Positions 1 to 12,239 of a stretch of 64,000 nt of DNA are shown in pieces. Position numbers and translations under genes: made by a program. Under the pieces are notes generated by a model that saw only the letters and a list, made by a program, of their open reading frames with translations, was not told the origin of the DNA and ran no database searches. The stretch comes from an uncultured delta proteobacterium (lineage in GTDB: Bacteria; Myxococcota_A; UBA9160; SZUA-336), in NCBI GenBank assembly GCA_963704165.1, contig CAVPHD010000001.1, forward strand, positions 576,001-640,000, read 5' to 3'. Every line of letters starts with the position of its first letter. Position 1 is the stretch's first letter.

Positions 1-255
1 GGCGAGCTTCAGGAACTGAAGCTGCGTCTCGAGCAGGATCTCACCGAGCTTTGCGTCACCAAGCAGGGCGTCGTAGGTGTCCGCCCCGTAGTCCGACGGT
101 GAAAAGCCCAGGCTCGACGTCGCATTCGCCTGGGGATCGAGGTCGATCAGAAGAGTCGGGCACTCCGCGGCCGCCAGCGAAGCCGCGAGATTTACAGCGG
201 TCGTCGTCTTTCCGACGCCGCCTTTCTGGTTCGCAACAACGATGACTCGAGCCAC
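1..255 (-). CDS. parA: ParA/Soj chromosome-partition ATPase (5' part; runs off window)
   Basis: Manual translation from GTG at 255 (not in the ORF track): MARVIVVANQKGGVGKTTTAVNLAASLA...LLIDLDPQANATSSLG. Deviant Walker A and DLDPQ motifs; GGAGA RBS; follows rsmG. Confidence 0.95.
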   Translation of the reverse strand, partial: MARVIVVANQKGGVGKTTTAVNLAASLAAAECPTLLIDLDPQANATSSLGFSPSDYGADTYDALLGDAKLGEILLETQLQFLKLA

Positions 256-295
256 TCTCCACCCCGCGGCATCCCGCGCCCCGATACTACCCCAT

Positions 296-311
296 CGTTC
301 CACGTGCAAGG
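296..311. promoter_or_regulatory. parS-like site (degenerate)
   Basis: CGTTCCACGTGCAAGG compared with the parS palindrome nGTTYCACGTGRAACn; lies in the rsmG-parA gap. Confidence 0.5.
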
Positions 312-339
312 AGTCGAAGTGAGCAGACCCCGAGGCACT

Positions 340-891
340 TCAGGTCGTTCCACGGGAAACCGCCGCCGCAGGAACGCGCAAGATCGCGCCGCTCGAGGCG
401 AGGGCGATGCGTCGTGCGCCCGGTAAATCGACGCCGGGGCCAGCCCAGATCCAGACTTCGCCCTCCTCGCAGGCCCAGGGCCGGCCGAGCTCGACGGAGC
501 GCTCCGGCGCCGCAACTGCTCGCAGCAACACCCGATCGAAGCGCTTAGGCGGCGTCTTTTCGATCGACTCGCGAAGCACCTCGACCCGGAGGTCCAGGGT
601 GCGGATGACGTGCCGCAGGAAGGCGACGCGTTTCTCGCGGATCTCGACGAGACTCACGCGAAGATCACGTCGGGCGATCGCGATCGGAAGTCCCGGGAAT
701 CCTGCCCCGCTGCCGAGATCGACGACGGAGAGGTCAGGTTCCAGGTGTGGAACAGCGGCGAGCGCATCTTCCACGTGCCTCGAGATCGCCGCCGGAGCGG
801 TCGAGCCGACCAGGTTCATCCGCTCACCCCAGCGGCAGAGCTCCTGGACGAAGAACTCGAGCGCCTCGCCGCCGGCCGCCGCTCGACTCAA
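340..891 (-). CDS. rsmG: 16S rRNA m7G527 methyltransferase RsmG (GidB)
   Basis: WGERMNLVG, RHVEDAL, VVDLGSGAGFPGLP SAM motif, KRVAFLR; upstream of parA. Confidence 0.93.
   Translation of the reverse strand: MSRAAAGGEALEFFVQELCRWGERMNLVGSTAPAAISRHVEDALAAVPHLEPDLSVVDLGSGAGFPGLPIAIARRDLRVSLVEIREKRVAFLRHVIRTLDLRVEVLRESIEKTPPKRFDRVLLRAVAAPERSVELGRPWACEEGEVWIWAGPGVDLPGARRIALASSGAILRVPAAAVSRGTT
346..361. promoter_or_regulatory. parS site
   Basis: CGTTCCACGGGAAACC, one mismatch to nGTTYCACGTGRAACn; encodes VSRGT at the rsmG C-terminus. Confidence 0.7.
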
Positions 892-1900
892 TCGGGAGTA
901 ATACGGACGCGCTTGCGCGGGCCGTCGCCCTCGCTCTCCGAGCGGACGCCGCGCTCATCCTTCAACGTGTTGTGCACGACCCAACGCTCGCGCGAGTTCA
1001 TCGGGCGCAACAACTCCGGCTCACCGGAGCGCCGTACGATTTCAGCCGCTTCTCGAGCCATGCGCTCGAGTGCCACCTCGTCGATGTCGCGCTCGCGGTC
1101 GTCGGAATCGCGGCGATTTCCGTCGCGGCGGCCATCGCGTCGAGGTCGGTCGTCCCGCTCGTCGCTCTGGGGGCGACGGGCACCGCGAATATCCACGCGC
1201 GCTGCCACCTCGTCATCGACGAGCATCTCGGCCGCGCGGTGAGCGAGGTGCGAGAGCGCGGCCGCAAACCGCGGCTCGCGATCGCTGAGGGCCGCGATCG
1301 CCGCGCCGTCGAGCGAAATGATGATGTCGCCCTCCTCGGTTTCCGTTTCGGTCACGGCTATGCCGCGCAGCTTCATGCGCTCGAGAATTCCGGCGACGAA
1401 CTCACCGACCGGCCCGAGTTCTCCGTCCTCGAGATCCGCGTCGGAATCCTCGACCGGCTCTGGTACGGCGCGGGGGGCCGGGCGCTCGGGTCGCGCGGCT
1501 CGGGCGGGTGCCTCGACCCGATCGGAGCGCTCGGTTCGCTGCGGCCGCTCCGTCGCTCCTGTCGCTCCGGTCGCTCCGGTCGCTCATTCCGCTCACTCCG
1601 CTCGGGTCGCTCGCTCCGCGGCGGACGCGCGGGACGTTCCTCGAGACGCTCGTCCCGCCTCTCCGGCCGCTGTTGGGATCGCGGTTCCGGGCGTCGTTCT
1701 TCCCGGGGCGCTGATCGCGCCGACAGCGGCGCGGCGATCAGGAGTACGTTTGAACCCAGTCCCGAGACTGTGACTGTGGCAGGAACCACCCACACATCGA
1801 GCTGATCTGGGGACAGTCGGAAGAATGCTGCGGCCTTGCCGAGGGCCTCCTCCCGGCTCTCCGCCACGAATTCCCGAGCGTCGTCTACCGATGCGTTCAT
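888..1900 (-). CDS. jag: Jag/EloR (KhpB) RNA-binding protein, split by one frameshift (probably a sequencing error)
   Basis: Jag_N domain (EFVAESREEALGKAAAFF) in ORF 1373-1900; KH and R3H domains (MNSRERWVVHNTL, SEGDGPRKRV) in ORF 888-1376. One extra base in the G run at 1472-1477 joins the frames. Follows yidC. Confidence 0.85.
1552..1617. repeat. Degenerate 9-bp tandem repeat in the jag linker
   Basis: tcgctccgg-like units encoding ERPERSERNERPERPERQERR. Confidence 0.6.
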
Positions 1901-1922
1901 TCCTCGATCCTCCGAGCCCTCG

Positions 1923-3605
1923 TCAAGTCGCCGTCGGCTCCGCCGGCGTCCGATTGACGAAGAGCTGCTGCGCGATCCCGAGAAGGTTGCTCACGAACCA
2001 ATAGAGCACGAGCCCCGACGGGAACTGGTAAAACATGAACGTGAAGGCGACACTCATCAGTGTCATCATCTGGCGCTGCTGCGGATCCGCGTTGGGCGCG
2101 GGCGTCAACCGCTGCTGCAGGAGCATGGACCCGCCCATCAGCAGCGGGAGTACCCGGATCGGCAGACCCGCGATCGCGAAGAAATCCTCCGGCGACGACA
2201 GATCGTTGATCCAGAGTCCGAACGGAGCGTGGCGCAGCTCGATGGACGTCTGCAAAGCGAAATAGAGCGCGATCATGAACGGCATCTGGATCAGGATCGG
2301 CACGCAGCCGCCACCCATCGCCGAGAGCGGGTTCATCCCCTTCTGGCGGTAGAGCTTCATCATCTCTTCCTGGAGCTTGTCGCGGTCGCTCCCGTACTTG
2401 GTCTGAAGCTCCTTCATCTGCGGCGCGATGACGGCGAAGCGCTTCATCGACTTCATGGAGCGCTGCGTCAGAGGGAACGTCACCAGGCGCACAAGCAGGG
2501 TGACCAGGATGATCGCGATCCCGTAATTCGAGACGATGTTCGCGTAGGTCCAACGGAGCATGGCCTCGAACGCGTGAACCAGTGGCCGAACGAGTGCCCA
2601 GCCGGCGTTGATCGAATTCTCGAGACGAGGATCCACCGTGGCCACGATCTCGGGCACCTTGGGCCCGAAGTAGAGTCGGAAGCTGCGCTCGACACCGGTG
2701 CCGGGCGGCACCTCGAAGCTCGCGGCCCCGAGTGCCGACTGGCCGAGATCGCGACCGAGCGGACCGAGAAAAGCCGTGCTGTCGCGGGGGCTTTCCGGGA
2801 TGGCGGCGATCAGGAAGTACTGGCTGTCCACACCGACCCAATCGACGGGTGCGGGGTAGGAAGTGCCCGTCGGCGCGGACCGCCCGAGCAAGCCGCCGAA
2901 GAACCCGGCGGTCCCGATACCGGACACGGCCATGCGCTCGACCTCGCCATCGACCGACGCCACGAGGCTGTACTGCATGAAGTAGTCGGGCGAGCCGCCC
3001 GGTCGCTCCTGACCGTATCCGACCACATCGAGCTTGGGCACGAGCACCGCTTTGCTCTGGTTCTGGATTGACACGGTCGCGCGCCCACCATAGCCCGCGT
3101 CATCGAGTTCAACCCGGCGCGTCACGGAGACCCCGTCCTTGCTGGTGCGGAGCTCGACGGCGCGCGGACCCGACGACACGATCTCGTAGCGGGTAGCCTC
3201 GAGTGATCGCAGCGGCTCGGGTCCCAGAAAGATGAACAGCGCTCCGCGAGGCTGGGTCGTGACGAGCTCCACCGGCCCGGAGTCCAGATCGACCGTCGCG
3301 CGATACTCGAGCAGTTCGACGCTGTCGAGTCGGCCGCCGAGATTGCTGACGCCGACCCTCACTGCGTCATTCTCGAGCGTCATGATTTCCGCCGGCGGGC
3401 TGGTGGCGGACGGCTCCGAAGGCGCCGTCGGCCCGGCATGGCGATCTGGTGGCTCCGATGCGGGCGGCGGCAGCGCCGCGGGCGTCTCAGCCTCGGCGGC
3501 GGGAGCGTCGACCGGAGGAGCGGGGGGAGGAGAAGGCGCGAACAGAAACGACGCCACCATCAGTGCGACCGCGGCGGCTATGGCTGCAATTTGTATGCGA
3601 TCCAC
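1923..3605 (-). CDS. yidC: Membrane protein insertase YidC
   Basis: N-terminal TM, periplasmic domain, YFGPK, NYGIAIILVTLLVR, GGCVPILIQMP, FPSGLVLYWFVSN. Confidence 0.97.
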   Translation of the reverse strand: MDRIQIAAIAAAVALMVASFLFAPSPPPAPPVDAPAAEAETPAALPPPASEPPDRHAGPTAPSEPSATSPPAEIMTLENDAVRVGVSNLGGRLDSVELLEYRATVDLDSGPVELVTTQPRGALFIFLGPEPLRSLEATRYEIVSSGPRAVELRTSKDGVSVTRRVELDDAGYGGRATVSIQNQSKAVLVPKLDVVGYGQERPGGSPDYFMQYSLVASVDGEVERMAVSGIGTAGFFGGLLGRSAPTGTSYPAPVDWVGVDSQYFLIAAIPESPRDSTAFLGPLGRDLGQSALGAASFEVPPGTGVERSFRLYFGPKVPEIVATVDPRLENSINAGWALVRPLVHAFEAMLRWTYANIVSNYGIAIILVTLLVRLVTFPLTQRSMKSMKRFAVIAPQMKELQTKYGSDRDKLQEEMMKLYRQKGMNPLSAMGGGCVPILIQMPFMIALYFALQTSIELRHAPFGLWINDLSSPEDFFAIAGLPIRVLPLLMGGSMLLQQRLTPAPNADPQQRQMMTLMSVAFTFMFYQFPSGLVLYWFVSNLLGIAQQLFVNRTPAEPTAT

Positions 3606-3617
3606 TGCCAGACCCCT

Positions 3618-3812
3618 TCAGGGAAGATCCAGGCCGCCGCGGCCCAGTGGGTGACAGCGCGAGAGCCGTCGAAGTGCGCGAAGCCCTCCGCGGACGGCTC
3701 CATCGCGCTCGATGACTGCGACCGCATACTGCGAACAGCTCGGATTGAAGCGACACGCCGAACCCAGCCAGGGCGAAATCACCAACCGATACCCGCGGAT
3801 GAGTCCGATCAA
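3618..3812 (-). CDS. yidD: Membrane protein insertion efficiency factor YidD
   Basis: IRGYRLVISP...CRFNPSCSQYA...RLSRCHP..GGLD; TTG start inferred, overlapping the rnpA stop. Confidence 0.9.
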   Translation of the reverse strand: MIGLIRGYRLVISPWLGSACRFNPSCSQYAVAVIERDGAVRGGLRALRRLSRCHPLGRGGLDLP

Positions 3813-4150
3813 GGCTGCGCTTCCCGCACGCCGAGCGGTGTGAGACGCAGATCCAGGTCTTCGCGCACGTCCTCCAATCGCAGCGATTGCGGGATGTTGC
3901 GCTTGGCGATGAGGACTAGATCGCACGATCCGAACTCTCGAGAGCGACTGCGGAACCATTCGCGGGCGAGGCGCTTGATTCGGTTGCGCCGCACAGCGCC
4001 GCCGACCTTGCGAGTGACGGTAATGCCTAGGCGGGTGGGGCCGCCGTCCTTTCGATCCATGAGCAATGCAATGAAAAACCGAGTCGTCCGACGTTCGCCG
4101 AACTCGGAGGACGCGACGAAGTCACTTCTGCGCATTCTCCGACGAGGCAC
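3809..4150 (-). CDS. rnpA: Ribonuclease P protein component
   Basis: RLGITVTRKVGGAVRRNRIKRLAREWFR (RNR motif); start uncertain, GTG at 4150 chosen. Confidence 0.9.
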   Translation of the reverse strand: MPRRRMRRSDFVASSEFGERRTTRFFIALLMDRKDGGPTRLGITVTRKVGGAVRRNRIKRLAREWFRSRSREFGSCDLVLIAKRNIPQSLRLEDVREDLDLRLTPLGVREAQP

Positions 4151-4184
4151 TCTGCGGGCGTCAACGGCCGGCGCCGACTGATCG

Positions 4185-4334
4185 CTACTTCCTCTTCGAG
4201 ACCCGCGTGAGCTCGTGACGACCCTTCGCGCGCCGACGCGAGAGCACATTGCGCCCGGCTGCAGTGCTCATGCGGGCGCGGAAACCGTGATTGCGTGCGC
4301 GCCGGATTCGGCTGGGTTGGAACGTACGTTTCAT
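4185..4334 (-). CDS. rpmH: 50S ribosomal protein L34
   Basis: [39 protein letters not shown]. Confidence 0.97.
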   Translation of the reverse strand: MKRTFQPSRIRRARNHGFRARMSTAAGRNVLSRRRAKGRHELTRVSKRK

Positions 4335-4372
4335 CGGAAAGCCTCTCGAACCGGGCGACTGGGTGGGCGTGT

Positions 4373-4401
4373 ATAGAAGCACCGCCCCCAAGCAGTGTCA
4401 A
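4373..4401 (-). promoter_or_regulatory. Putative sigma70 promoter for the rpmH operon
   Basis: Minus strand TTGACA, 17 nt spacer, TTCTAT (perfect -35, weak -10). Confidence 0.4.
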
Positions 4402-4524
4402 CGTCGGCTCGTTCGGGAATTTCTCGACGAGAATCCGCCTCGTCTTCTTGCTTTGCTGCGCGCCGCTTTGATATGAGCAGGGAATCCCACTCCGCCATCG
4501 CCTCGTGAAAGGCTCGAAGCCCCC

Positions 4525-5841
4525 ATGACTGCCAGCACCCCGGGCCTCGTCTGTACGGACGGGGCGTCTTCACTTTGGAAGTCGGTGCTGAGCACCCTTG
4601 CGCATCGGCTGGCTCCCGGTACCCGCGACTCGCTCGCCCACGGCACGCACTGTCTCGGGCGAACGCCGGATTCGCTCCGGCTCGCGGCGAATCGGAGCGA
4701 GCTCGAATCGTGGATTCGCGCGGGACACATCAATGCGATCGAGACATCGCTCTCGAGCTCGACCGACGGTGCGGTGTCCCTTGCGCTGATCCCCGTCGAT
4801 GACGTCTCGGCGCTCCGAGCGGATCCGGTCTTCACCTTCGCGACTCTCGTTGCAAGCCCGGCGAACTCACGCGCGCACGCGCGCGCCCGAAGATTCGCGA
4901 GTGACGGGATCGCTTCTGGAGGTGGTCTCGCGATCCACGGCGCCGTCCGCTCGGGCAAGACCCACCTGCTGCGCGCGATCGCGGCGGCGCGCGGGGACTT
5001 CGATCCAGAGGGAACCGTCCTGTACCGGCGGGCCGATCAGCTCTCGCTCGATCTGGTGAGTGCGATCTCCACGGACGACGTCGACTCGTTCCGCGAGCAG
5101 CTGCTTGCCTCGACGGCCCTGCTGCTCGACGACGTTCACGAACTGCACGGCCGCGAGGCGACTCAGGAGGAGCTTCTGGGAATCCTCGATCTCTTCGAGG
5201 AGCGCGGGATCCCCGTGGCCATGGCCATGGCGAAGCCACCCGAGAGGTGCCCGGGGTTGATCGAGCCGCTGCGTAGACGCCTCACACGCCTGGAGTCGGT
5301 CGCGGTCCGCCCACCGGAATGGGAGACCCGGGTCGCCATCGTCCTGGCCCGGACCCGGAGCTGGGGCGTCGAGCCGAAGCCCTCGATCGCCGCCCTGCTC
5401 GCGAGCAACCTGCGGGGTGACCTCTCGCGCCTCGATGCGTTGCTGACGCGTCTCCTGTGCCAGTCGTCGTGGTGCAGCGGTCTCGAGGACGCCGAGGCCG
5501 TGAAGCTCCTGCTGAGCCACGCGAGCGACCCGCCCACCCTCATCACCCCAGAAGACGTGATGAACGCCGTCTCCCAGCAGTTCAATCTTCGCCCACGCGA
5601 CCTTCGCTCCGACAAGCGCAGCCCCCGCTTCACGACGCCGCGCCAGATCGCGATGTACCTGGTGCGACGCCACTGCGGGCTCTCTTACCCCGAGATCGGG
5701 CGACGATTCGCCAAACACCACACGACCGCGCTGCACTCGGACCGCGTGATCCAGAAACAGCTGGGTGAGAGCGCGAGCCTGCGCGCGGCGGTCCTCCTCG
5801 TCGAGAAGGAGCTGATGCGGGTCTCGGAGGCCGGTGGATAG
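4525..5841 (+). CDS. dnaA: DnaA-family replication initiator, highly divergent (copy 1, canonical locus)
   Basis: Lies between rpmH and dnaN. FTFATLV..AN, GAVRSGKTHLL, LLLDDVH, TQEE, PPEWETRVAI, RQIAMYL, SYPEIGRRF, HTT; several key residues are altered. Confidence 0.85.
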   Translation: MTASTPGLVCTDGASSLWKSVLSTLAHRLAPGTRDSLAHGTHCLGRTPDSLRLAANRSELESWIRAGHINAIETSLSSSTDGAVSLALIPVDDVSALRADPVFTFATLVASPANSRAHARARRFASDGIASGGGLAIHGAVRSGKTHLLRAIAAARGDFDPEGTVLYRRADQLSLDLVSAISTDDVDSFREQLLASTALLLDDVHELHGREATQEELLGILDLFEERGIPVAMAMAKPPERCPGLIEPLRRRLTRLESVAVRPPEWETRVAIVLARTRSWGVEPKPSIAALLASNLRGDLSRLDALLTRLLCQSSWCSGLEDAEAVKLLLSHASDPPTLITPEDVMNAVSQQFNLRPRDLRSDKRSPRFTTPRQIAMYLVRRHCGLSYPEIGRRFAKHHTTALHSDRVIQKQLGESASLRAAVLLVEKELMRVSEAGG

Positions 5842-6005
5842 TCGGTGGATAACGCGGGCACCCTGCCGGTACTCCCCATCTGCCTCCGGATTCTCGCGGA
5901 CTCCACCCGGCTCGCGGTGGAGAACATTCCCAGTGGCTGCCCTCAGATGAAGGAGTTTTCCAGATTTCTACGGTCCTCCCTCCTACTCCTACTCACTTTG
6001 CTTTA
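5833..6005. other. Candidate replication origin oriC (dnaA-dnaN gap)
   Basis: DnaA-box-like GGTGGATAG (5833), GGTGGATAA (5844), GACTCCACC (5899), GGTGGAGAA (5916). Then TTTTCCAGA-TTTCTACG-GTCC followed by CTC CTA CTC CTA CTC (5980-5994), the layout of the basal unwinding system. Confidence 0.65.
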
Positions 6006-6037
6006 AGATCAGAAGAGGAAGTGGGAGGAATTCGGAC

Positions 6038-7144
6038 ATGAAGCTGACGATCGAGCGCGACGAGCTTCTGCGAGGCTTGGGACGCGTGCAGGCCATCGTC
6101 GAACGCCGCGGGACCATGCCGATCCTCGCGAACGTGTTGATCGAGGCTCGCGAAGACGGGCTGACGCTCGCCGCGACCGACCTCGAGGTCGCCGTGGTCG
6201 CGGACCACCCCGCGACGGTGAAGACACCCGGAACCGTGACGCTGGGCGCGAAGAAGCTCTACGAGATCGTTCGAGAGCTCGAAGGTCCCGAAGTCGCGCT
6301 CAGCACCGAGGATGGCGCGCGGGTGACGCTCACCTGTGGACCGGCCAAGTTCACACTGCTCTCCACCTCGCCCGAGGAGTACCCGTCGATTCCGAGCTCC
6401 GACGGCGTCGCATTCGCGCAGATCGACACCGCGCTGGTTTCGGAGCTGATCGATCACACCCTCTACGCAACCTCGAACGACGAGACGCGGTACAACTTGA
6501 ACGGCGTCTTCCTCGAGAGCGCCGACGGCAAGCGGATCCGATTCGTCGCGACCGACGGGCATCGTCTGGCGATGATCGAGCGATCGGTGCCGACCGCGGT
6601 GGGCTTTCTCGCGAAGGGCATCATTGCACCGCGCAAGGGAGTGGCCGAAATCCGCAAGCTCTGTGACGAGGGCGAGGGCGCCGTCGATCTCGGGCTTGGC
6701 GACGGATTCCTGATGGTCCGGCGGCCCGGTCTCTTGCTCACGACCCGGCTCATCGACGGTGAGTTCCCAAACTACCGTCAGATCCTTCCCAAGGGCCACA
6801 AAGTCCGACTGCTCATGGACCGGGAGCGACTCCAGCACGCCGTGCGCCGCATCGCGCTCATGGCGCACGAGCGCTCTCGCGGCTTTCGATTCGTCCTCAG
6901 CGAGGGTCAGGTCGATCTTTCGGCCAGCAACCCCGATCTCGGTGAGGCGCGCGAGGTGCTGCCGGTCGAGTATCAGGGCGATCGCTTCGAGACGGCCTTC
7001 AACGCGCGCTATCTGCTCGACGTCCTCGGTGCGATGACGGCCAAGGAGGTCGTGCTCGAGCTCGCGGAGGAGCTCAGCCCGGCCCAGTTCCGGCCCGCCG
7101 ACGACCCAGACGAGGTCGCCGTGATCATGCCGATGAGGCTCTAG
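6038..7144 (+). CDS. dnaN: DNA polymerase III beta clamp
   Basis: ATDLEV, ETRYNLNGV, VATDGHRLA, LIDGEFPNY, FNARYLLD, VIMPMRL. Confidence 0.98.
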   Translation: MKLTIERDELLRGLGRVQAIVERRGTMPILANVLIEAREDGLTLAATDLEVAVVADHPATVKTPGTVTLGAKKLYEIVRELEGPEVALSTEDGARVTLTCGPAKFTLLSTSPEEYPSIPSSDGVAFAQIDTALVSELIDHTLYATSNDETRYNLNGVFLESADGKRIRFVATDGHRLAMIERSVPTAVGFLAKGIIAPRKGVAEIRKLCDEGEGAVDLGLGDGFLMVRRPGLLLTTRLIDGEFPNYRQILPKGHKVRLLMDRERLQHAVRRIALMAHERSRGFRFVLSEGQVDLSASNPDLGEAREVLPVEYQGDRFETAFNARYLLDVLGAMTAKEVVLELAEELSPAQFRPADDPDEVAVIMPMRL

Positions 7145-7261
7145 CCGAGAGCCTCTCTCTGGGTTAGTTTTCCGAGCGTTTGCAGCACCTTGCGCCGCAA
7201 CGGGCCCCTTGCATCCGTCGCCTGACGTTTCCGAGACGAGGTCGGTGCCAAAGCAGGGTAA

Positions 7262-9763
<2,502 letters not shown>

Positions 9764-9773
9764 GCGGAAATCC

Positions 9774-12239
9774 ATGACCGACACGCCAGAGACGCCCGCG
9801 CTGCCACCCGTGAATCCTCCGATTCCCGTCGCGATCGAGGACGAGATGCGCCGCTCGTTCCTCGACTACTCGATGTCGGTGATCATCAGCCGCGCACTTC
9901 CCGACGTGCGCGACGGCTTGAAGCCGTCGCAGCGGCGCATCCTCGTCACGTTCAACGACCTGAATCTCACCTCGGATCGGCCGTACCGGAAGTGCGCGAA
10001 GATCGCCGGCGACGTTTCGGGCAACTACCACCCGCACGGCGAGGCGGTGATCTACCCGTCGATCGTCCGCCTCGCGCAGCCGTTTTCGCTCCGCTACCCG
10101 CTCGTCGACGGCCAGGGGAACTTCGGATCGGTCGATGGCGATCCGCCCGCGGCCATGCGCTACACCGAAGCGCGTCTCACGAAGATCGCGGCGGAGATGC
10201 TCGCCGATCTCGAGCGCGAGACCGTCGATTTCGTCCCGAACTACGACAACACGCGCACCGAACCGATCGTCCTGCCGACGCGCATCCCGAATCTCGTCAT
10301 CAACGGGTCGTCGGGGATCGCGGTCGGCATGGCCACGAACATTCCCCCGCACAACCTCGGCGAGACCGCCGACGCCCTGATCCTGCTGGCGCGAAACCCG
10401 AAGGTGACGCTCGACGAGGTGATGGAGAAGCTTCCCGGGCCCGACTTCCCGACCGGCGCGCTGATCTGCGGCGGCAGCGGGATCCGCGAGGCCTACCGGA
10501 CCGGGCGGGGACTTCTCACCGTGCGCGCGCGCGCCTCGACCGAGGAGATGCGCGGCGGTCGCATCCGCATCGTGCTCGACGAGATCCCGTACATGGTCAA
10601 CAAGGCTTCGATGATCGAGAAGATCGCGGAGCTGGTGCGCGACGGGCGGATCGACGGGATCTCCGACGTGCGAGACGAATCCGACCGCCGCGGCATGCGC
10701 GTCGTGGTCGAGCTGAAGAAGGACGCCGACGATCAGGTCGTCCTGAACCAGCTCTTCAAGATGACGCCGATGCAGACGACCTTCGGTGTGAACATGGTCG
10801 CGCTGGTGCGGAACCGGCCACAGACCCTCGGTCTGATCCCGCTTCTCCAGTACTTCCTCGATTTCCGCCGCGAGGTCGTGCGCAGACGCGCGGCCTTCGA
10901 CCTCCGCCAGGCGGAGGCCCGTGCGCACATCCTCGAGGGTTTCGCGATCGCGCTCGACAACCTCGACGCGCTCATCGCGCTGATCCGAGCGAGCCAGAGT
11001 CCGGCCGCGGCGCGCGATGCGATGATGGCGCGCTTCTCTCTCTCCGAACGCCAGTCACAGGCGATTCTCGAGCTTCGACTCCAGCGGCTCACGGCAATGG
11101 AGCGCCAGAAGATCCTCGACGAGCTCGCAGAGGTGCGCGCGAAGATCGAAGAGCTGAAGGCGCTGCTCGCCAGCGACGAGAAGGTGACCGAGCTGATCAT
11201 CGGAGAGCTCACGGAGATGCGCGCGAAGTACGCCGACGCGCGCCGGACCGAGCTCGCGGCGCCAGTCGAGGACTTCACGACCGAAGATCTGATCGCGGAA
11301 GAGGACATGGTCGTGACGATCACCCACCGCGGTTACGCGAAGCGCCACGTGCCGACGCTCTATCGCGCACAGCGGCGCGGCGGAAAGGGGAAGGTCGCGG
11401 CATCGACGGCGGACGAGGACTTCGTTTCGATGGTCTTCGTCGCGTCGACCCACGCCTACCTGCTCTGCTTCACGAACAAGGGGCGCGTGCACTGGCTGAA
11501 GGTCTTCGAGCTGCCCGAGCTCTCCCGCGGCGCGAAGGGGAAGGCGCTCGTCAATCTGCTGTCCCTGGCCGAGGGCGAGCGGATTCAGGCGATCCTGCCG
11601 GTGCGCGACTTCGCCGAAGCCGGCTACGTCGTGCTGGCCACGCGCAATGGAACGATCAAGAAGACCGAGCTCGAGCAGTTCTCCAACCCGAGGCGCGGCG
11701 GAATCATCGCGATCAACATCGCCGACGGCGACGAGTTGATCGCGGCTTCGCGCACCGGCGACGGCGACCAGATCCTGCTCGCCACCCAGGACGGGAAGTC
11801 GATCCGCTTCAACGAAGAGCAGGTCCGCGCGATGGGTCGGTCCGCGACCGGCGTGCGTGGAATCTCCACCCGCGAGGGCGACGCCACCGTCGGCATGGAG
11901 GTGCTGAAACCCGGCAAGACCATCCTCACCGTTTCCGAGCATGGCTTCGGAAAGCGCTCGCCCCTCGACGAATACCGCGAGCAGAAGCGCGGCGGGCAGG
12001 GAATCATCACGATCAAGACGACCGAACGAAACGGGCAGGTCGTGGGGATCATGCAGGTCGACGATCGCGACGAGATCATGCTGATCACGAGCGGCGGGAA
12101 GATGATCCGCACGCGCGTCGCCGAGATCCCCACGATGAGCCGGAACACCCAGGGCGTTCGGCTCATGGAGCCGAACGAGGGCGAGCGAGTCGTCTCGGTC
12201 GCGAAGCTCGGCGAGGAAGACGAGGTCGAGGCCGAATGA
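9774..12239 (+). CDS. gyrA: DNA gyrase subunit A
   Basis: [14 protein letters not shown] (catalytic Tyr), GyrA box QRRGGKG, beta-pinwheel repeats. Confidence 0.98.
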   Translation: MTDTPETPALPPVNPPIPVAIEDEMRRSFLDYSMSVIISRALPDVRDGLKPSQRRILVTFNDLNLTSDRPYRKCAKIAGDVSGNYHPHGEAVIYPSIVRLAQPFSLRYPLVDGQGNFGSVDGDPPAAMRYTEARLTKIAAEMLADLERETVDFVPNYDNTRTEPIVLPTRIPNLVINGSSGIAVGMATNIPPHNLGETADALILLARNPKVTLDEVMEKLPGPDFPTGALICGGSGIREAYRTGRGLLTVRARASTEEMRGGRIRIVLDEIPYMVNKASMIEKIAELVRDGRIDGISDVRDESDRRGMRVVVELKKDADDQVVLNQLFKMTPMQTTFGVNMVALVRNRPQTLGLIPLLQYFLDFRREVVRRRAAFDLRQAEARAHILEGFAIALDNLDALIALIRASQSPAAARDAMMARFSLSERQSQAILELRLQRLTAMERQKILDELAEVRAKIEELKALLASDEKVTELIIGELTEMRAKYADARRTELAAPVEDFTTEDLIAEEDMVVTITHRGYAKRHVPTLYRAQRRGGKGKVAASTADEDFVSMVFVASTHAYLLCFTNKGRVHWLKVFELPELSRGAKGKALVNLLSLAEGERIQAILPVRDFAEAGYVVLATRNGTIKKTELEQFSNPRRGGIIAINIADGDELIAASRTGDGDQILLATQDGKSIRFNEEQVRAMGRSATGVRGISTREGDATVGMEVLKPGKTILTVSEHGFGKRSPLDEYREQKRGGQGIITIKTTERNGQVVGIMQVDDRDEIMLITSGGKMIRTRVAEIPTMSRNTQGVRLMEPNEGERVVSVAKLGEEDEVEAE

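Noticed and set aside
766..783. Third parS-like site within rsmG (TTCCACGTG)
   Set aside because: Only one half-site matches.
1465..1480. Programmed frameshift in jag
   Set aside because: It falls in a G6 homopolymer in a contig with many similar indels; sequencing error is the simpler explanation.
1552..1617. Short tandem repeats as a CRISPR or iteron array
   Set aside because: The period is 9 bp, in frame, encoding the low-complexity ERP linker of Jag; no spacers or cas genes.
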